Made by a program: the position numbers and the translations under genes
DNA from: an uncultured Candidatus Binatia bacterium
Lineage (GTDB): Bacteria; Desulfobacterota; Binatia; UBA9968; JAJDTQ01
DNA: 64,000 bases
Direction: 5' to 3'
Assembly: GCA_965242525.1 (NCBI GenBank)
Contig: OZ251459.1
Coordinates: 1,248,001 to 1,312,000 of the forward strand
The notes under the pieces: generated by a model
Told to the model about the DNA's origin: nothing
Seen by the model: only the letters and a program-made list of their open reading frames with translations
Databases searched by the model: none
Shown: in pieces, positions 1-8,823 of the stretch
Layout: each line of letters starts with the position of its first letter
Numbering within the stretch: position 1 is the stretch's first letter

Positions 1-2
1 GG

Positions 3-239
3 GACTCCTTCCCCAACGAGCTCCGGTTCTCCGCCCTGAGGACCGCCATCACCAGCCTGTACGACTTCTACCTGCGGCAGAACGGCGAGCGGCAGCGCAT
101 CCAGAAGGCGTTCATCGAGTTCTTCGAACGGCTGCTGATCCTGAGACGGGAGAAGGACGGCGGCATGGAAGACCTGCTCCTGTCCATGGCCACCGGATAC
201 GACTACCGGAAATACCAGAAGTCCAAGCCTTCCCGGTGA
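3..239 (+). CDS. 3' end of a hypothetical protein, partial at the window edge
   Basis: Open frame from nt 3 with GC3-rich codons (DSFPNELRFSALRTAITSLYDFYLRQ...KYQKSKPSR), ending at TGA 237-239. Confidence 0.7.
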   Translation, partial: DSFPNELRFSALRTAITSLYDFYLRQNGERQRIQKAFIEFFERLLILRREKDGGMEDLLLSMATGYDYRKYQKSKPSR

Positions 240-300
240 CCGCGGCCCCAAGCGCACGGGAGTCCGAGCCGGAATGGACCGGACGTTCCGGAAGTCAACC

Positions 301-1038
301 ATGACGCGATGCTACGTGATCGGCGACGTCCACGGGTGTCCGGGCGAGTTGGCCGCGCTGGTGGAGGCGCTGCCGCTGGAGCGCGAAGACACGCTGGTCT
401 TCCTCGGCGACTACATCGACCGGGGACCCGACTCCAGGGGAGTGGTGGACTTCCTCGCGGGCCTGGGCAGGGAACGGAAGACGGTCTTCCTCCGGGGCAA
501 CCACGAGGACATGATGCTGTCGTTCATGGGCCTTTCCGGGCGGCACGGCGACGCGTTCCTGATGAACGGAGGCCTGGAGACGCTGGCGAGCTACGGCGTC
601 GCCGCTCCCGCAGGGTCCCCTACCCCCGCGGACGGCGAACGCCTGCTGTCGGCGTTGCCGACCCACCACGCCGCGTTCTTCATGGGACTGGAGCCCTGGC
701 GCTTCATGGACGGGTTCCTGTGCGTGCACGCGGGCGTCAACCCGGAACGGTCCTGGGAGCAGCAGGCGGGCGAGGAACTCCTCTGGATCCGCGACCACTT
801 CATATTCAGTCCGCACTCCCTGGCCGAGACGGTGCTGTTCGGCCATACCCCCATGAAAGAGGTGTTCTTCGACCTTCCCTACAAGGTCGGCCTCGATACC
901 GGCCTCGTTTACGGCAACGCCCTGAGCTGCCTGGAGGTCGCGGACCGGACCCTGTACCAGATACGCCGGGGGAGCCGCCGGGTCTCGGTGACGGAGGTGG
1001 GACACCACTGGAGCAAAACCCGTTCGTCCCGAGCGTAG
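301..1038 (+). CDS. Calcineurin-like metallophosphoesterase (PphA/ApaH-like Ser/Thr phosphatase)
   Basis: Motifs GDVHG, GDYIDRG, RGNHE, HAG, GHTP, DTG. The stop codon lies inside a palindromic repeat. Confidence 0.9.
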   Translation: MTRCYVIGDVHGCPGELAALVEALPLEREDTLVFLGDYIDRGPDSRGVVDFLAGLGRERKTVFLRGNHEDMMLSFMGLSGRHGDAFLMNGGLETLASYGVAAPAGSPTPADGERLLSALPTHHAAFFMGLEPWRFMDGFLCVHAGVNPERSWEQQAGEELLWIRDHFIFSPHSLAETVLFGHTPMKEVFFDLPYKVGLDTGLVYGNALSCLEVADRTLYQIRRGSRRVSVTEVGHHWSKTRSSRA

Positions 1039-1090
1039 CGAAGCGGAGTCCTCCGTTCATCCTGAGCGTAGCGTAGCGGAGTCGAAGGAC
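1020..1090 (+). repeat. Two tandem copies of repeat A (CCGTTC[G/A]TCCTGAGCGTAGCGAAGCGRAGTCGAAGG), the first truncated, between convergent genes
   Basis: The same ~37-bp unit recurs at about 8735, 22744, 29649, 54500, 57883 and 57954, and in reverse at 61848 and 61978. Confidence 0.85.
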
Positions 1091-1096
1091 GCGCTC

Positions 1097-2197
1097 CTAC
1101 GGGTGCACGGTCTCCAGGAACCAGTCCGTGGGGATCTCCCGGCCGAGGCCCCCGGCCTTGGCGTCCTCGTAAACCGCGGCGCCGACGGCCGCGAACTGGA
1201 CCCCCAGCCCGATGTTGTTCACGAAGCAGGTGGACTCGTCGGCTCGCGTGCGCCCGGCCGCCTTCCCCGCCACCACGTCCTTCAACTCCGGCGCATCGAT
1301 CCAGGGCGGCGCCTCGGGCCGCGGCGCCGCGGCCCTGTCCGCGGCGGTGAGGAACTCGATGGGGTCATGGGCCTCCACCTTCTCGTCCCCCATGCCGGCG
1401 ATGTAGTTCTCGGGAGCGACCTTGCGCGTGTGGATGACCACCCGGTCGGCTCGCCCGATGGTCTCGTCGCCCAGTTCGGAGGTCTTGACGCAGGTGAAGT
1501 GCACCCCGGGCCTGACCCACTCCGGCGGAACCACCCGCGTGATGGCGTTGGTGGCGGCCACCAGCACGTCCGCGCGGGACGCCGCTTGGGCCGCGTCCTC
1601 GCAGGGCTCCACCGGGACCCCGACCCGCGCCGCCATCTCCCGGGCGAATGCCTCGCGGTTGGCCCGGGTGGGGCTGAACGCCAGCACCTTCTCGAACGGG
1701 CGCACCTTGCAGAACGCCTCCACGTGGGCCCGGGCCTGCCAACCGGAGCCCAAGACCCCCAGGCATGCCGCGTCGTCCCGGGCCAGGAAGCGGGCCGCCA
1801 GGGCGCTGGAGGCGGCCACGCGAAACGCCTGGATCACGCCGTCCGGGAAGATGGCCAGGGGCTCTCCGGTCTCGGCCGAGAACAGCAGCACGAGACCCAC
1901 CCATTTGCCGCCGGGCGCCTTGGGGACCTTCTCCTTGACCACCCGGTCGGCGCGCTTCTCCCAGCGGATGACGTCCGAGTTCAACCGCAGGGCCACGACC
2001 TTTGGGTCGAACAGGCCCGCCTCCATGGACTTGAACGCATAGACCCCCGAGGTCTCGGGAAACGGCAGGTAGAGGTCGGTGCGCGGACGGTTCACGGCCT
2101 CGCCGTCGGAAAGTTGACGGTAGGCCCTGTCCAGCACCGCAATGCACGATTCCATGGAGAGCAGGGTCTCGATCTCGTCGTTGTTCAGGATCAGCAT
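1097..2197 (-). CDS. Ornithine cyclodeaminase/mu-crystallin family protein, paralogue 1
   Basis: LFSAETGEPLAI, FRVAASSALAA, Rossmann GSGWQA, C-terminal GLGVQFAAVG. Confidence 0.9.
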   Translation of the reverse strand: MLILNNDEIETLLSMESCIAVLDRAYRQLSDGEAVNRPRTDLYLPFPETSGVYAFKSMEAGLFDPKVVALRLNSDVIRWEKRADRVVKEKVPKAPGGKWVGLVLLFSAETGEPLAIFPDGVIQAFRVAASSALAARFLARDDAACLGVLGSGWQARAHVEAFCKVRPFEKVLAFSPTRANREAFAREMAARVGVPVEPCEDAAQAASRADVLVAATNAITRVVPPEWVRPGVHFTCVKTSELGDETIGRADRVVIHTRKVAPENYIAGMGDEKVEAHDPIEFLTAADRAAAPRPEAPPWIDAPELKDVVAGKAAGRTRADESTCFVNNIGLGVQFAAVGAAVYEDAKAGGLGREIPTDWFLETVHP

Positions 2198-2231
2198 GTG
2201 GGTATCCTCGAGGGACGCGGGTCCCGGCTGG

Positions 2232-3335
2232 CTAGTCCCGGATGTCCTGCAGCAGCCACTCGGTGGGGATCTCCTTCCCCAGCCCCCGCTCCCTGGCCAA
2301 CTCGTACACCTTTCCGGCCACCGAATAGAACTGGACCCCCTGCACGTTCCCCCGTTCCGAGTAGGTGACCTGCGCCGGGGACGTCCGGCCCTTGCGCCGT
2401 CCGGCGAGCAGGTCCGCCAGCATCACGTTCTTGTCGCCGCCCTGCACGCCGTGGGCCCGGCGGCGCTTGCGCTTCATCCGGAAGCCGGCGTCCTCGTCGG
2501 GCTGCGCCGCGTAGGTGACGTACTCGTCGGGCAGCCCGAACTCCTCCAGCCCCCAGGGAGCCGGCGCCGTGCCCAGCCGGAGCGAGACGTCGATGCGCTC
2601 GAACGTGGCCGCGTCCGGCCGCCCGCCGATGCAGGTGATGTGGGTTCCCGGCTCCACCGCCGCCCCCTTGACGATGTCCACGGCCGAGTCGGTGCACCCC
2701 GCGATGATGTCCGCCCCCTCGTACACCGAGTCCGGGTCGCCCAGGGGCGCCGCCTCCACGCCGAACCGCTCGGCCATCTCCCGGGCGTACTGCTCCCGGT
2801 GCTCCCGGGTGGGGCTGTAAACCTGCACCCGTCGTATGTCGCGGACCTGCATGAACGCTTCCATGTGGGACCGGGCCATGCCCCCCGAGCCGATCATGCC
2901 CACCACCGCGGCGTCCTCCCGGGCCATGTACTTGGCGCCGATGCCCGAGTCCGCGCCCACGCGCATGTGCTGGAGGTAGCCGTCGTTCAGCAACGCCAGC
3001 GGCTCGCCGTTGTGGATGTTCGTGAGCAGGATCAGGCCGCAGAAGCGCCCCGGACGGACACAGTACTTCTCCTGGGTGACCGCGCCCTCGTACTCCTGCT
3101 CGTAGATCACGTCCGACTTCATGCGGATGGCGAAGTACCCCGAGGTGGAGCCGCCCTCCATGGTGCCCCACTGGTACATCTTGCCCGGGTCGGACGTGGG
3201 CACCTGCAGGTCGATGCGCGGACGGCACACGGCCTCCTTCTCCACCAGCTCGACGTAGGCCTTCTCCAGGGCGGCCATGGTGACTTCCATGGTGAGGACC
3301 TGCTTCACGTCGTCGTTGTCGAGGATCAGAGTCAT
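2232..3335 (-). CDS. Ornithine cyclodeaminase/mu-crystallin family protein, paralogue 2
   Basis: NGEPLALLNDGYLQHMRVGADSG, Rossmann GSGGMA, GTHITCIG. Confidence 0.9.
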   Translation of the reverse strand: MTLILDNDDVKQVLTMEVTMAALEKAYVELVEKEAVCRPRIDLQVPTSDPGKMYQWGTMEGGSTSGYFAIRMKSDVIYEQEYEGAVTQEKYCVRPGRFCGLILLTNIHNGEPLALLNDGYLQHMRVGADSGIGAKYMAREDAAVVGMIGSGGMARSHMEAFMQVRDIRRVQVYSPTREHREQYAREMAERFGVEAAPLGDPDSVYEGADIIAGCTDSAVDIVKGAAVEPGTHITCIGGRPDAATFERIDVSLRLGTAPAPWGLEEFGLPDEYVTYAAQPDEDAGFRMKRKRRRAHGVQGGDKNVMLADLLAGRRKGRTSPAQVTYSERGNVQGVQFYSVAGKVYELARERGLGKEIPTEWLLQDIRD

Positions 3336-3378
3336 GGTCGCGTCCTTTCGAGGAACGTCCCGGAAACGCAGGTTTCCT

Positions 3379-4467
3379 TCACAGGGGCTCCCGCCATTCG
3401 GCGCCGTCGATGGGCAGCTCCATGCCCAGCCCCCGTTCCCGGGCCAACTGGTACAGGCGGCCGCCGATGGCCACGTCGGAGATTCCGACTCCGCCGGTGT
3501 TCTTGAACAGGGTGACTTGGACCGGGTCGGTGCGTCCCGGCCGCGCGCCGTTCAGCACCTCCCCCACCTCCACGATCTTGTCCCAGGAGATGACCCCGTT
3601 CTCCAGCCGCTCCATGAAGTCCCCGGGCTGGTCCACCCGCAGGGTTTCCCGGGAGTTCACCCCGATCACGTCCGCGCGCCGCATGCTCTCGTCGTCCAGC
3701 TCCTGGCGCATCCTGGAGACGAAACCGCCGCGCATGAGGCCGATGTTGCTCAACACGATGGAGGTCAGATGGACCCCGGGCTCCAGCCATTGGCCGTCCA
3801 GCACCGGCACGTTGGAGCTGGTGGCGGCCACCACCATGTCCACGTCCCGCACCGCCTCCCGGGCGCTGTCCACCGGCGCGATGTCCAGCCCGGTGAGGTC
3901 GCCCATCTCGTCGGCGAACTCCTTGCGGTGGGCGGGGTTCGGGCTGAACACCTTCACCCGGGTGAGGGTGCGGATCTCCCGCAGCGCGAGCAGGTGGTAC
4001 TTGGCCTGGTTCTGGGACCCCAACATGCCCACGGTAGCCGCGTCCGACCGGGCCAGGAGGTCCGTGCCCACTGCGCTGTTGGCCGCGGTGCGCAACGCGG
4101 ACACGCCGCTCAGGGAGAGCTCCCGCGGCCTCGGCTCGCCGATGATGATGCAGCGCAGCTCGCCGGTTTCGGAGTCGAAGAGCACCTGCGTGGGCCGTCC
4201 GCGGACCGGGAACGCCTCGATGGAATGCGCGCCCCGGGTCGGGTTTTTGGTCCACTCGCAGTGGGTCATGAGGCCGGTGACCCCCACCGAGGGAAGCCCG
4301 CCCTGGTGCACGCTGACGCGCACGTTGGAGGGCATGTGGGTACGGCGCCGCACCATGCTGACGTCGGGGTTCCTGGCCCACTCGGCGAACCCCTCCCGCA
4401 CCAGACCCACCGCTTCCTTCATGGTGATCAACCCGTCGATGTCTTCCGGACGCAGCACCAGTATCAT
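3379..4467 (-). CDS. Ornithine cyclodeaminase/mu-crystallin family protein, paralogue 3
   Basis: LFDSETGEL, LRTAANSAVG, GSQNQA, TLFKNTGGVGISDVA. ATG at 4467 overlaps the stop of the upstream NUDIX gene. Confidence 0.9.
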   Translation of the reverse strand: MILVLRPEDIDGLITMKEAVGLVREGFAEWARNPDVSMVRRRTHMPSNVRVSVHQGGLPSVGVTGLMTHCEWTKNPTRGAHSIEAFPVRGRPTQVLFDSETGELRCIIIGEPRPRELSLSGVSALRTAANSAVGTDLLARSDAATVGMLGSQNQAKYHLLALREIRTLTRVKVFSPNPAHRKEFADEMGDLTGLDIAPVDSAREAVRDVDMVVAATSSNVPVLDGQWLEPGVHLTSIVLSNIGLMRGGFVSRMRQELDDESMRRADVIGVNSRETLRVDQPGDFMERLENGVISWDKIVEVGEVLNGARPGRTDPVQVTLFKNTGGVGISDVAIGGRLYQLARERGLGMELPIDGAEWREPL

Positions 4468-4889
4468 GGCAGAGCCCCCTTCCCTTTCGACAACCGTTCC
4501 CACCCGCCGTCCCGCAGCATCCGGATCAACGGCAGGTCCCCTTCGAGGAAATCCAGCTCCTCCAGTTCATGGACATGCGCCCAGGCCATGCGCTGGAACA
4601 CCCGGTTCCGCGGCGCTCCGCGGTAGGCTTGCACTTGGTAGAACGCCAGATCCACGCGGACGCCGTCGGCATAGACGTGGGAGTGACGGAAGACCTCGCA
4701 GGCCCTCTCCACCGCGATGTCCAGCTCCTCCCGGAGCTCCCTTCCCAGGGCCGCTCTCGCCTCCTCGTCCGCTTCGACCTTGCCGCCGGGAAACTCCCAC
4801 TTGTCCGGGAAGGCGCCGTCTCCCCGGCGTTGGCACACCAGGATGCGGTCGCCCCTGGACACGATGCCGGCCACCACCCGGAGCGCCAT
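4464..4889 (-). CDS. NUDIX hydrolase, MutT/NudG-like (d)NTP pyrophosphohydrolase
   Basis: Nudix box WEFPGGKVEADEEARAALGRELREELDI. Confidence 0.85.
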   Translation of the reverse strand: MALRVVAGIVSRGDRILVCQRRGDGAFPDKWEFPGGKVEADEEARAALGRELREELDIAVERACEVFRHSHVYADGVRVDLAFYQVQAYRGAPRNRVFQRMAWAHVHELEELDFLEGDLPLIRMLRDGGWERLSKGKGALP

Positions 4890-4891
4890 GG

Positions 4892-6235
4892 TCAACCGGA
4901 CGGCTTCCGGGCGAGCTTTCCGGTCACGTTGTCCGCGATCCACTTGGCGTCCCACCACTCCAGCGGCAGCACCGCGACTCCCTGGATATAGACCCCGTAG
5001 TGGAGGTGGTCGCCCAGGGCCAGGCCGGTCTCCCCCGTGCGTCCGATGGCGGTCCCGGTCTTCACCGCGTCACCCTGTTTCACCGCCACCGAGCTCAGGT
5101 GCGAGTACAGGGTGCACAGCCCGAAGCCGTGGTCGATGATCACCGTGTTGCCGTAGATGCCCAGGGGACCGGCGAAGGTCACGGCGCCGCCATTGGAGGC
5201 TCCCACCGGGTACTGCCGGGTGACCGCGAGGTCGTAACCGAGATGCCGCGCCTCGTCGATCTTCTCGTTCCGGTAGAAGTAGGAGCGGTGGTCGGCGAAG
5301 TAGGCCTGCACCGCGGAATTGGCAAGCTGCCGGAACCGGCCGCTCCAGAGCTTCTTCGGCGCCGAGTTCCGGCACACCTTTGTGATGGTCTCGGCGTTGG
5401 CCCGCCTCATGTCGCGGTTGACCTTGAGGAAGCGTTCCCGGGGGCTGCCGGGGTCCCCGCCGGCGTCGGCCAGCAGCGGGCCGATCTTGTACCGGATGAA
5501 GTCGTCGGATATGGGGACGTCGGACTTCCGGTACTGGAGCGGCCTCGCGACGTAGTCCAGCGGGGACTCCCTCGTGTTGCCCGCCCGGTCTTCCGCCACG
5601 ATCACCGCCCGTTGGCTGACCGGGACGTCGTAGGGGTGGGAGAAGAACGCCAGGAACTCGTGGGGGTCGGCCAGACGTCCCCGATAGCCGGGAAACGAGT
5701 ATTGGCCGATGCGGACCCCGCTCTTCTCCGTGTCCGGCGAAGCCCGGTAGGTCACCAGGCCCGTGCCCCCCTGGGTGATGTAGCGGTCGCCTTCGATGAT
5801 CTCCACCGAAGGAGGCGTGAGGTCCAGGGTCACGTCCTTCGTCCACTCGGTCCGGTTGCCCCTGAAGAAACCCCAGTAGGAGCGATCCCTTGCGGTGACG
5901 GTCAAGACCGCGGGGCCGTCCTCCAGCCCGTGCTGCGCCGGGTCGATGCGCACGGGTATCTCGAAAGACTCCACCGGGGCCTCGAACTCCCGGTAGTGGA
6001 TGGGGAACGACTGCCCGGCCGCTGCCAAGCTGACCGACACCTGCGCGAGGCCCTTGCCTCGGTCGTGGACCGCCACCACGAAAGGACGCCGTCCCAGGGC
6101 CTCCCCTTCCAGATCGACCCGGACCCGGGGCGGATGCCACTCGAACTGCCAGAGGACCAGGAAACCGCCCAGAGCCAGCGCCAAGGCCAGGACGATCAGC
6201 CCTTGCAGTCCGGTGAATCGTCTCGGCGCGTTCAT
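4892..6235 (-). CDS. M23 family metallopeptidase with N-terminal membrane anchor
   Basis: HLGYDLA, YGNTVIIDHG, YSHLS, GDHLHYG; hydrophobic N-terminus. Start could be 6274. Confidence 0.9.
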   Translation of the reverse strand: MNAPRRFTGLQGLIVLALALALGGFLVLWQFEWHPPRVRVDLEGEALGRRPFVVAVHDRGKGLAQVSVSLAAAGQSFPIHYREFEAPVESFEIPVRIDPAQHGLEDGPAVLTVTARDRSYWGFFRGNRTEWTKDVTLDLTPPSVEIIEGDRYITQGGTGLVTYRASPDTEKSGVRIGQYSFPGYRGRLADPHEFLAFFSHPYDVPVSQRAVIVAEDRAGNTRESPLDYVARPLQYRKSDVPISDDFIRYKIGPLLADAGGDPGSPRERFLKVNRDMRRANAETITKVCRNSAPKKLWSGRFRQLANSAVQAYFADHRSYFYRNEKIDEARHLGYDLAVTRQYPVGASNGGAVTFAGPLGIYGNTVIIDHGFGLCTLYSHLSSVAVKQGDAVKTGTAIGRTGETGLALGDHLHYGVYIQGVAVLPLEWWDAKWIADNVTGKLARKPSG

Positions 6236-6289
6236 CGAAACAGTTCCGATTCCCCTTGCCCGCGCCCGGTCCATGGGTCGAGGGAGGGG

Positions 6290-6366
6290 TGGCGCGCCCG
6301 GAGGGACTCGAACCCCCGACCTTCAGGTTCGAAGCCTGCGGCTCTATCCACCTGAGCTACGGGCGC
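6290..6366 (-). tRNA. tRNA-Arg, anticodon UCG
   Basis: GCGCCCG TA GCTC AGGTGGATA GAGC C GCAGG CTTCGAA CCTGA AGGTC GGGGG TTCGAGT CCCTC CGGGCGC G CCA: 77 nt, A20 and G73 arginine identity elements, encoded CCA. Confidence 0.93.
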
Positions 6367-6380
6367 GCACGCCGCGGGCG

Positions 6381-7796
6381 TCATTCGGCGAGCTCCCACG
6401 TGGTGCCGGAGGGGCCGTCCTTCAGGACGACGCCCTTCTCCTTCAACGCGTCGCGGATGCCGTCGGCTTGGCCCCAGTCCTTGACCCGCCGGGCATGGTT
6501 CCGGTCCTCGACGAGCCGGCGCACCTCGTCCTCGGACAAGGCCCGGCGCGCAAGGCCCGCCAGCCTCCGGTCCTCCAGCACGCGCTCCGGAGGCGCCTGC
6601 ATGAGTCCCAGCGTCTCGGCCATGACCCGCAGGGCCTTCAGCCGGGCGTCGAGACCCGGGCCTTCCCCCCGGTCCAGCAGCCGGTTGACGGCCCGGACCT
6701 CCTCGAAGACCACCGCCAGGGCTCGCGGGGTGTTGAAGTCGTCGTCCATCTCCCCCCGGAAATCGTCCAGCGCCCCCGGGTCCGGGGCGCCGTCGGGCGA
6801 CCCGCCCGACGCCCGGTTCCCCCGGCTCGCGGTCTGGTAGATGCGGTCCACCGTGCGCTGGGCCTCCACGAGGGCCTCCTCCGAGAACTCGATGGGGTTC
6901 CGGTAATGGGTCGTCAGCATGTAGAGCCGCAAGGCCGTAGGGTCGAAGCGCCCCAGCGCCTCCCGGATGGTGAGGACGTTCCCGGTGGACTTGGACATCT
7001 TCTCCCTGGCCAGCCGGACGAAACCGTTGTGGATCCAGTAGCGGGCGAACGGCGTCCCGGCAGCGCATTCGGACTGGGCGATCTCGTTCTCGTTGTGGGG
7101 AAAGACCAGGTCCTGCCCGCCTCCGTGGATATCGAAGGGTTGCCCCAGGTACCTGGTGCTCATGGCCGAGCATTCGATGTGCCAGCCCGGCCGGCCCCTG
7201 CCCCAAGGACTTTCCCAGGAAGGCTCTCCCTCCTTGCTCTTCTTCCACAGGGCGAAGTCCATGGGATGCCGCTTGCGGTCGTCCACCTCGACCCTGGCCC
7301 CGGCGGTCATCTCGTCCAGGCTTCGGCCCGACAGCTTGCCGTAACCCGGGAAACTCTCCACCGCGAAGAAGACGTCGCCGCCGGACTCGTAAGCGTTGCC
7401 GCGCTCCATGAGTCGGGAGATGATCTCCACCATCTCGGGTATGTGGCCGGTGGCGCAAGGCTCCGACGTGGGCTCCAGCAGGCCCAGGGCCCCGGCGTCC
7501 CGGTGGAACTCGTCGATGTAACGCCGGGCCAGATCTTCGGGCGAGACCCCATCTTCCCGGGCCCGCTGGATGATCTTGTCGTCCACGTCGGTGAAGTTCC
7601 TGACGAAACGGCAGTCGAAGCCCAGGAACCGCAGGTAGCGGTAGATCACGTCGAAGGTCAGCAACGCCCGGGCGTGGCCGATGTGGCACCGGTCATAGAC
7701 GGTGACGCCGCACACGTACAAGGTCACCGCGCCCGGTTCCAGGGGCACGAACGGCTCCTTGCCGCCGCTCATGGTGTTGGTGATGCACAGGGGCAT
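6381..7796 (-). CDS. cysS: Cysteinyl-tRNA synthetase
   Basis: CGVTVYD, HIGH, GRPGWHIECSAM, DIHGGGQDLVFPHNENE, KMSKS, DDFNTP. Confidence 0.98.
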   Translation of the reverse strand: MPLCITNTMSGGKEPFVPLEPGAVTLYVCGVTVYDRCHIGHARALLTFDVIYRYLRFLGFDCRFVRNFTDVDDKIIQRAREDGVSPEDLARRYIDEFHRDAGALGLLEPTSEPCATGHIPEMVEIISRLMERGNAYESGGDVFFAVESFPGYGKLSGRSLDEMTAGARVEVDDRKRHPMDFALWKKSKEGEPSWESPWGRGRPGWHIECSAMSTRYLGQPFDIHGGGQDLVFPHNENEIAQSECAAGTPFARYWIHNGFVRLAREKMSKSTGNVLTIREALGRFDPTALRLYMLTTHYRNPIEFSEEALVEAQRTVDRIYQTASRGNRASGGSPDGAPDPGALDDFRGEMDDDFNTPRALAVVFEEVRAVNRLLDRGEGPGLDARLKALRVMAETLGLMQAPPERVLEDRRLAGLARRALSEDEVRRLVEDRNHARRVKDWGQADGIRDALKEKGVVLKDGPSGTTWELAE

Positions 7797-7849
7797 GGAG
7801 CTTCCATTCTACGGGACGGACCGGGATTTGCAAACATACGTCCCGAAGC

Positions 7850-8028
7850 TCAGGGTCGAGCGGAAACCGGGGGGCGCTCGCGCCAACTCGAACCGTCGGC
7901 GAGTTCCTGCGCATGGCGTTTCTGTTCCTCCCGGTCATCCGCTGCGAGGTCCGGCAGGACGATATCTTGCTCGACAACACACCCCGGCCCAGGTTTTCCT
8001 GCGCTTCGACTTGATCGGAGACCGTCAC
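7850..8028 (-). pseudogene. Probable internally deleted or frameshifted gene remnant
   Basis: GTG start 9 bp after the upstream stop gives MTVSDQVEAQENLGRGVLSS. A protein-like segment, DIVLPDLAADDREEQKRHAQELADGSSWRERP, follows immediately in a different frame. Confidence 0.5.
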
Positions 8029-8037
8029 GCAGTCCGG

Positions 8038-8463
8038 TTATCCCGCTTGTTCGAGCTCGGACAGGGCTTCGTTTACGAATCCGTCCGGCAGCCTGTGGGT
8101 ATCCGAATAGCGCGCTCTCCGGTGAGCACCGTTCATGTGGACCAGACACAACGCGCCGCCGTCCGAACCGCACAGGAGCAGGACCGATCGTCCGGCTCCG
8201 CCCGGCGCATCGATGGCGATCTCGCCATCCGGCGTGGGGTAGATCTCGAAACGCCGGGGCGAGGTTCGGTACATGGCGTACAGCAGCCGGCGCGCGTTTC
8301 CCAACGCCTTACCGGACGGCGCCGGAAACCCCTCTTCGCGTGCTTCGTCCTCCGCCTGGGCCAGATCGAACAGGGCATCGCGCAGGTCAGGATGAACGAC
8401 AGAAGGATCCATGAGGGCTACATCCGACCGATTTTCGCCTGCCGCCCTTGCATCCTGTTCCAT
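8038..8463 (-). CDS. Hypothetical protein (141 aa)
   Basis: C-terminal part of the 8038..10602 ORF, from ATG 8463 preceded by GAGG; MEQDAR...EIYPTPDGEIAIDAPGGAGRSVLLLC...ELEQAG. Confidence 0.65.
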   Translation of the reverse strand: MEQDARAAGENRSDVALMDPSVVHPDLRDALFDLAQAEDEAREEGFPAPSGKALGNARRLLYAMYRTSPRRFEIYPTPDGEIAIDAPGGAGRSVLLLCGSDGGALCLVHMNGAHRRARYSDTHRLPDGFVNEALSELEQAG

Positions 8464-8713
8464 GACGTCCTCTTCCAACGTGGACAACGTAGTTCGTCCG
8501 GGAGACTCATCCGGCAACGAAGGTGTCGAACTCGCCCCTCTGACGGTGGACGAGTCGTAGAGCCTACGGGCTTGACAGTTTCTCTTGAGAGGGGCAACTC
8601 TCCCATCCGGCAAGGGCCTTCCCCCTGTTGGACCCCCTTGCCCGTTGCACCGGGAAATGTACGTTGGCGACACGTCTCCGTCAAGGAATTCGATTGCAAG
8701 CGTTCCATGCAAG

Positions 8714-8771
8714 GGAAACCCTGAACGACGACCCCCGTTCATCCTGAGCGCAGCGAAGTGAAGCCGAAGGA
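8714..8771 (+). mobile_element. Partial MITE-A copy (left TIR-like GGAAACCCTGAACGA plus repeat A)
   Basis: Similar to the left end of the complete element at 22686-22818. Confidence 0.5.
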
Positions 8772-8823
8772 AGAACGGGGAATGCTTGCCAAAGTCCGCG
8801 AAACCGCATACACCGTGAACCCC

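Noticed and set aside
8570-8645. Possible structured RNA or additional repeat upstream of ubiD
   Set aside because: Single occurrence in the window and no recognisable riboswitch consensus; cannot be supported without an Rfam search
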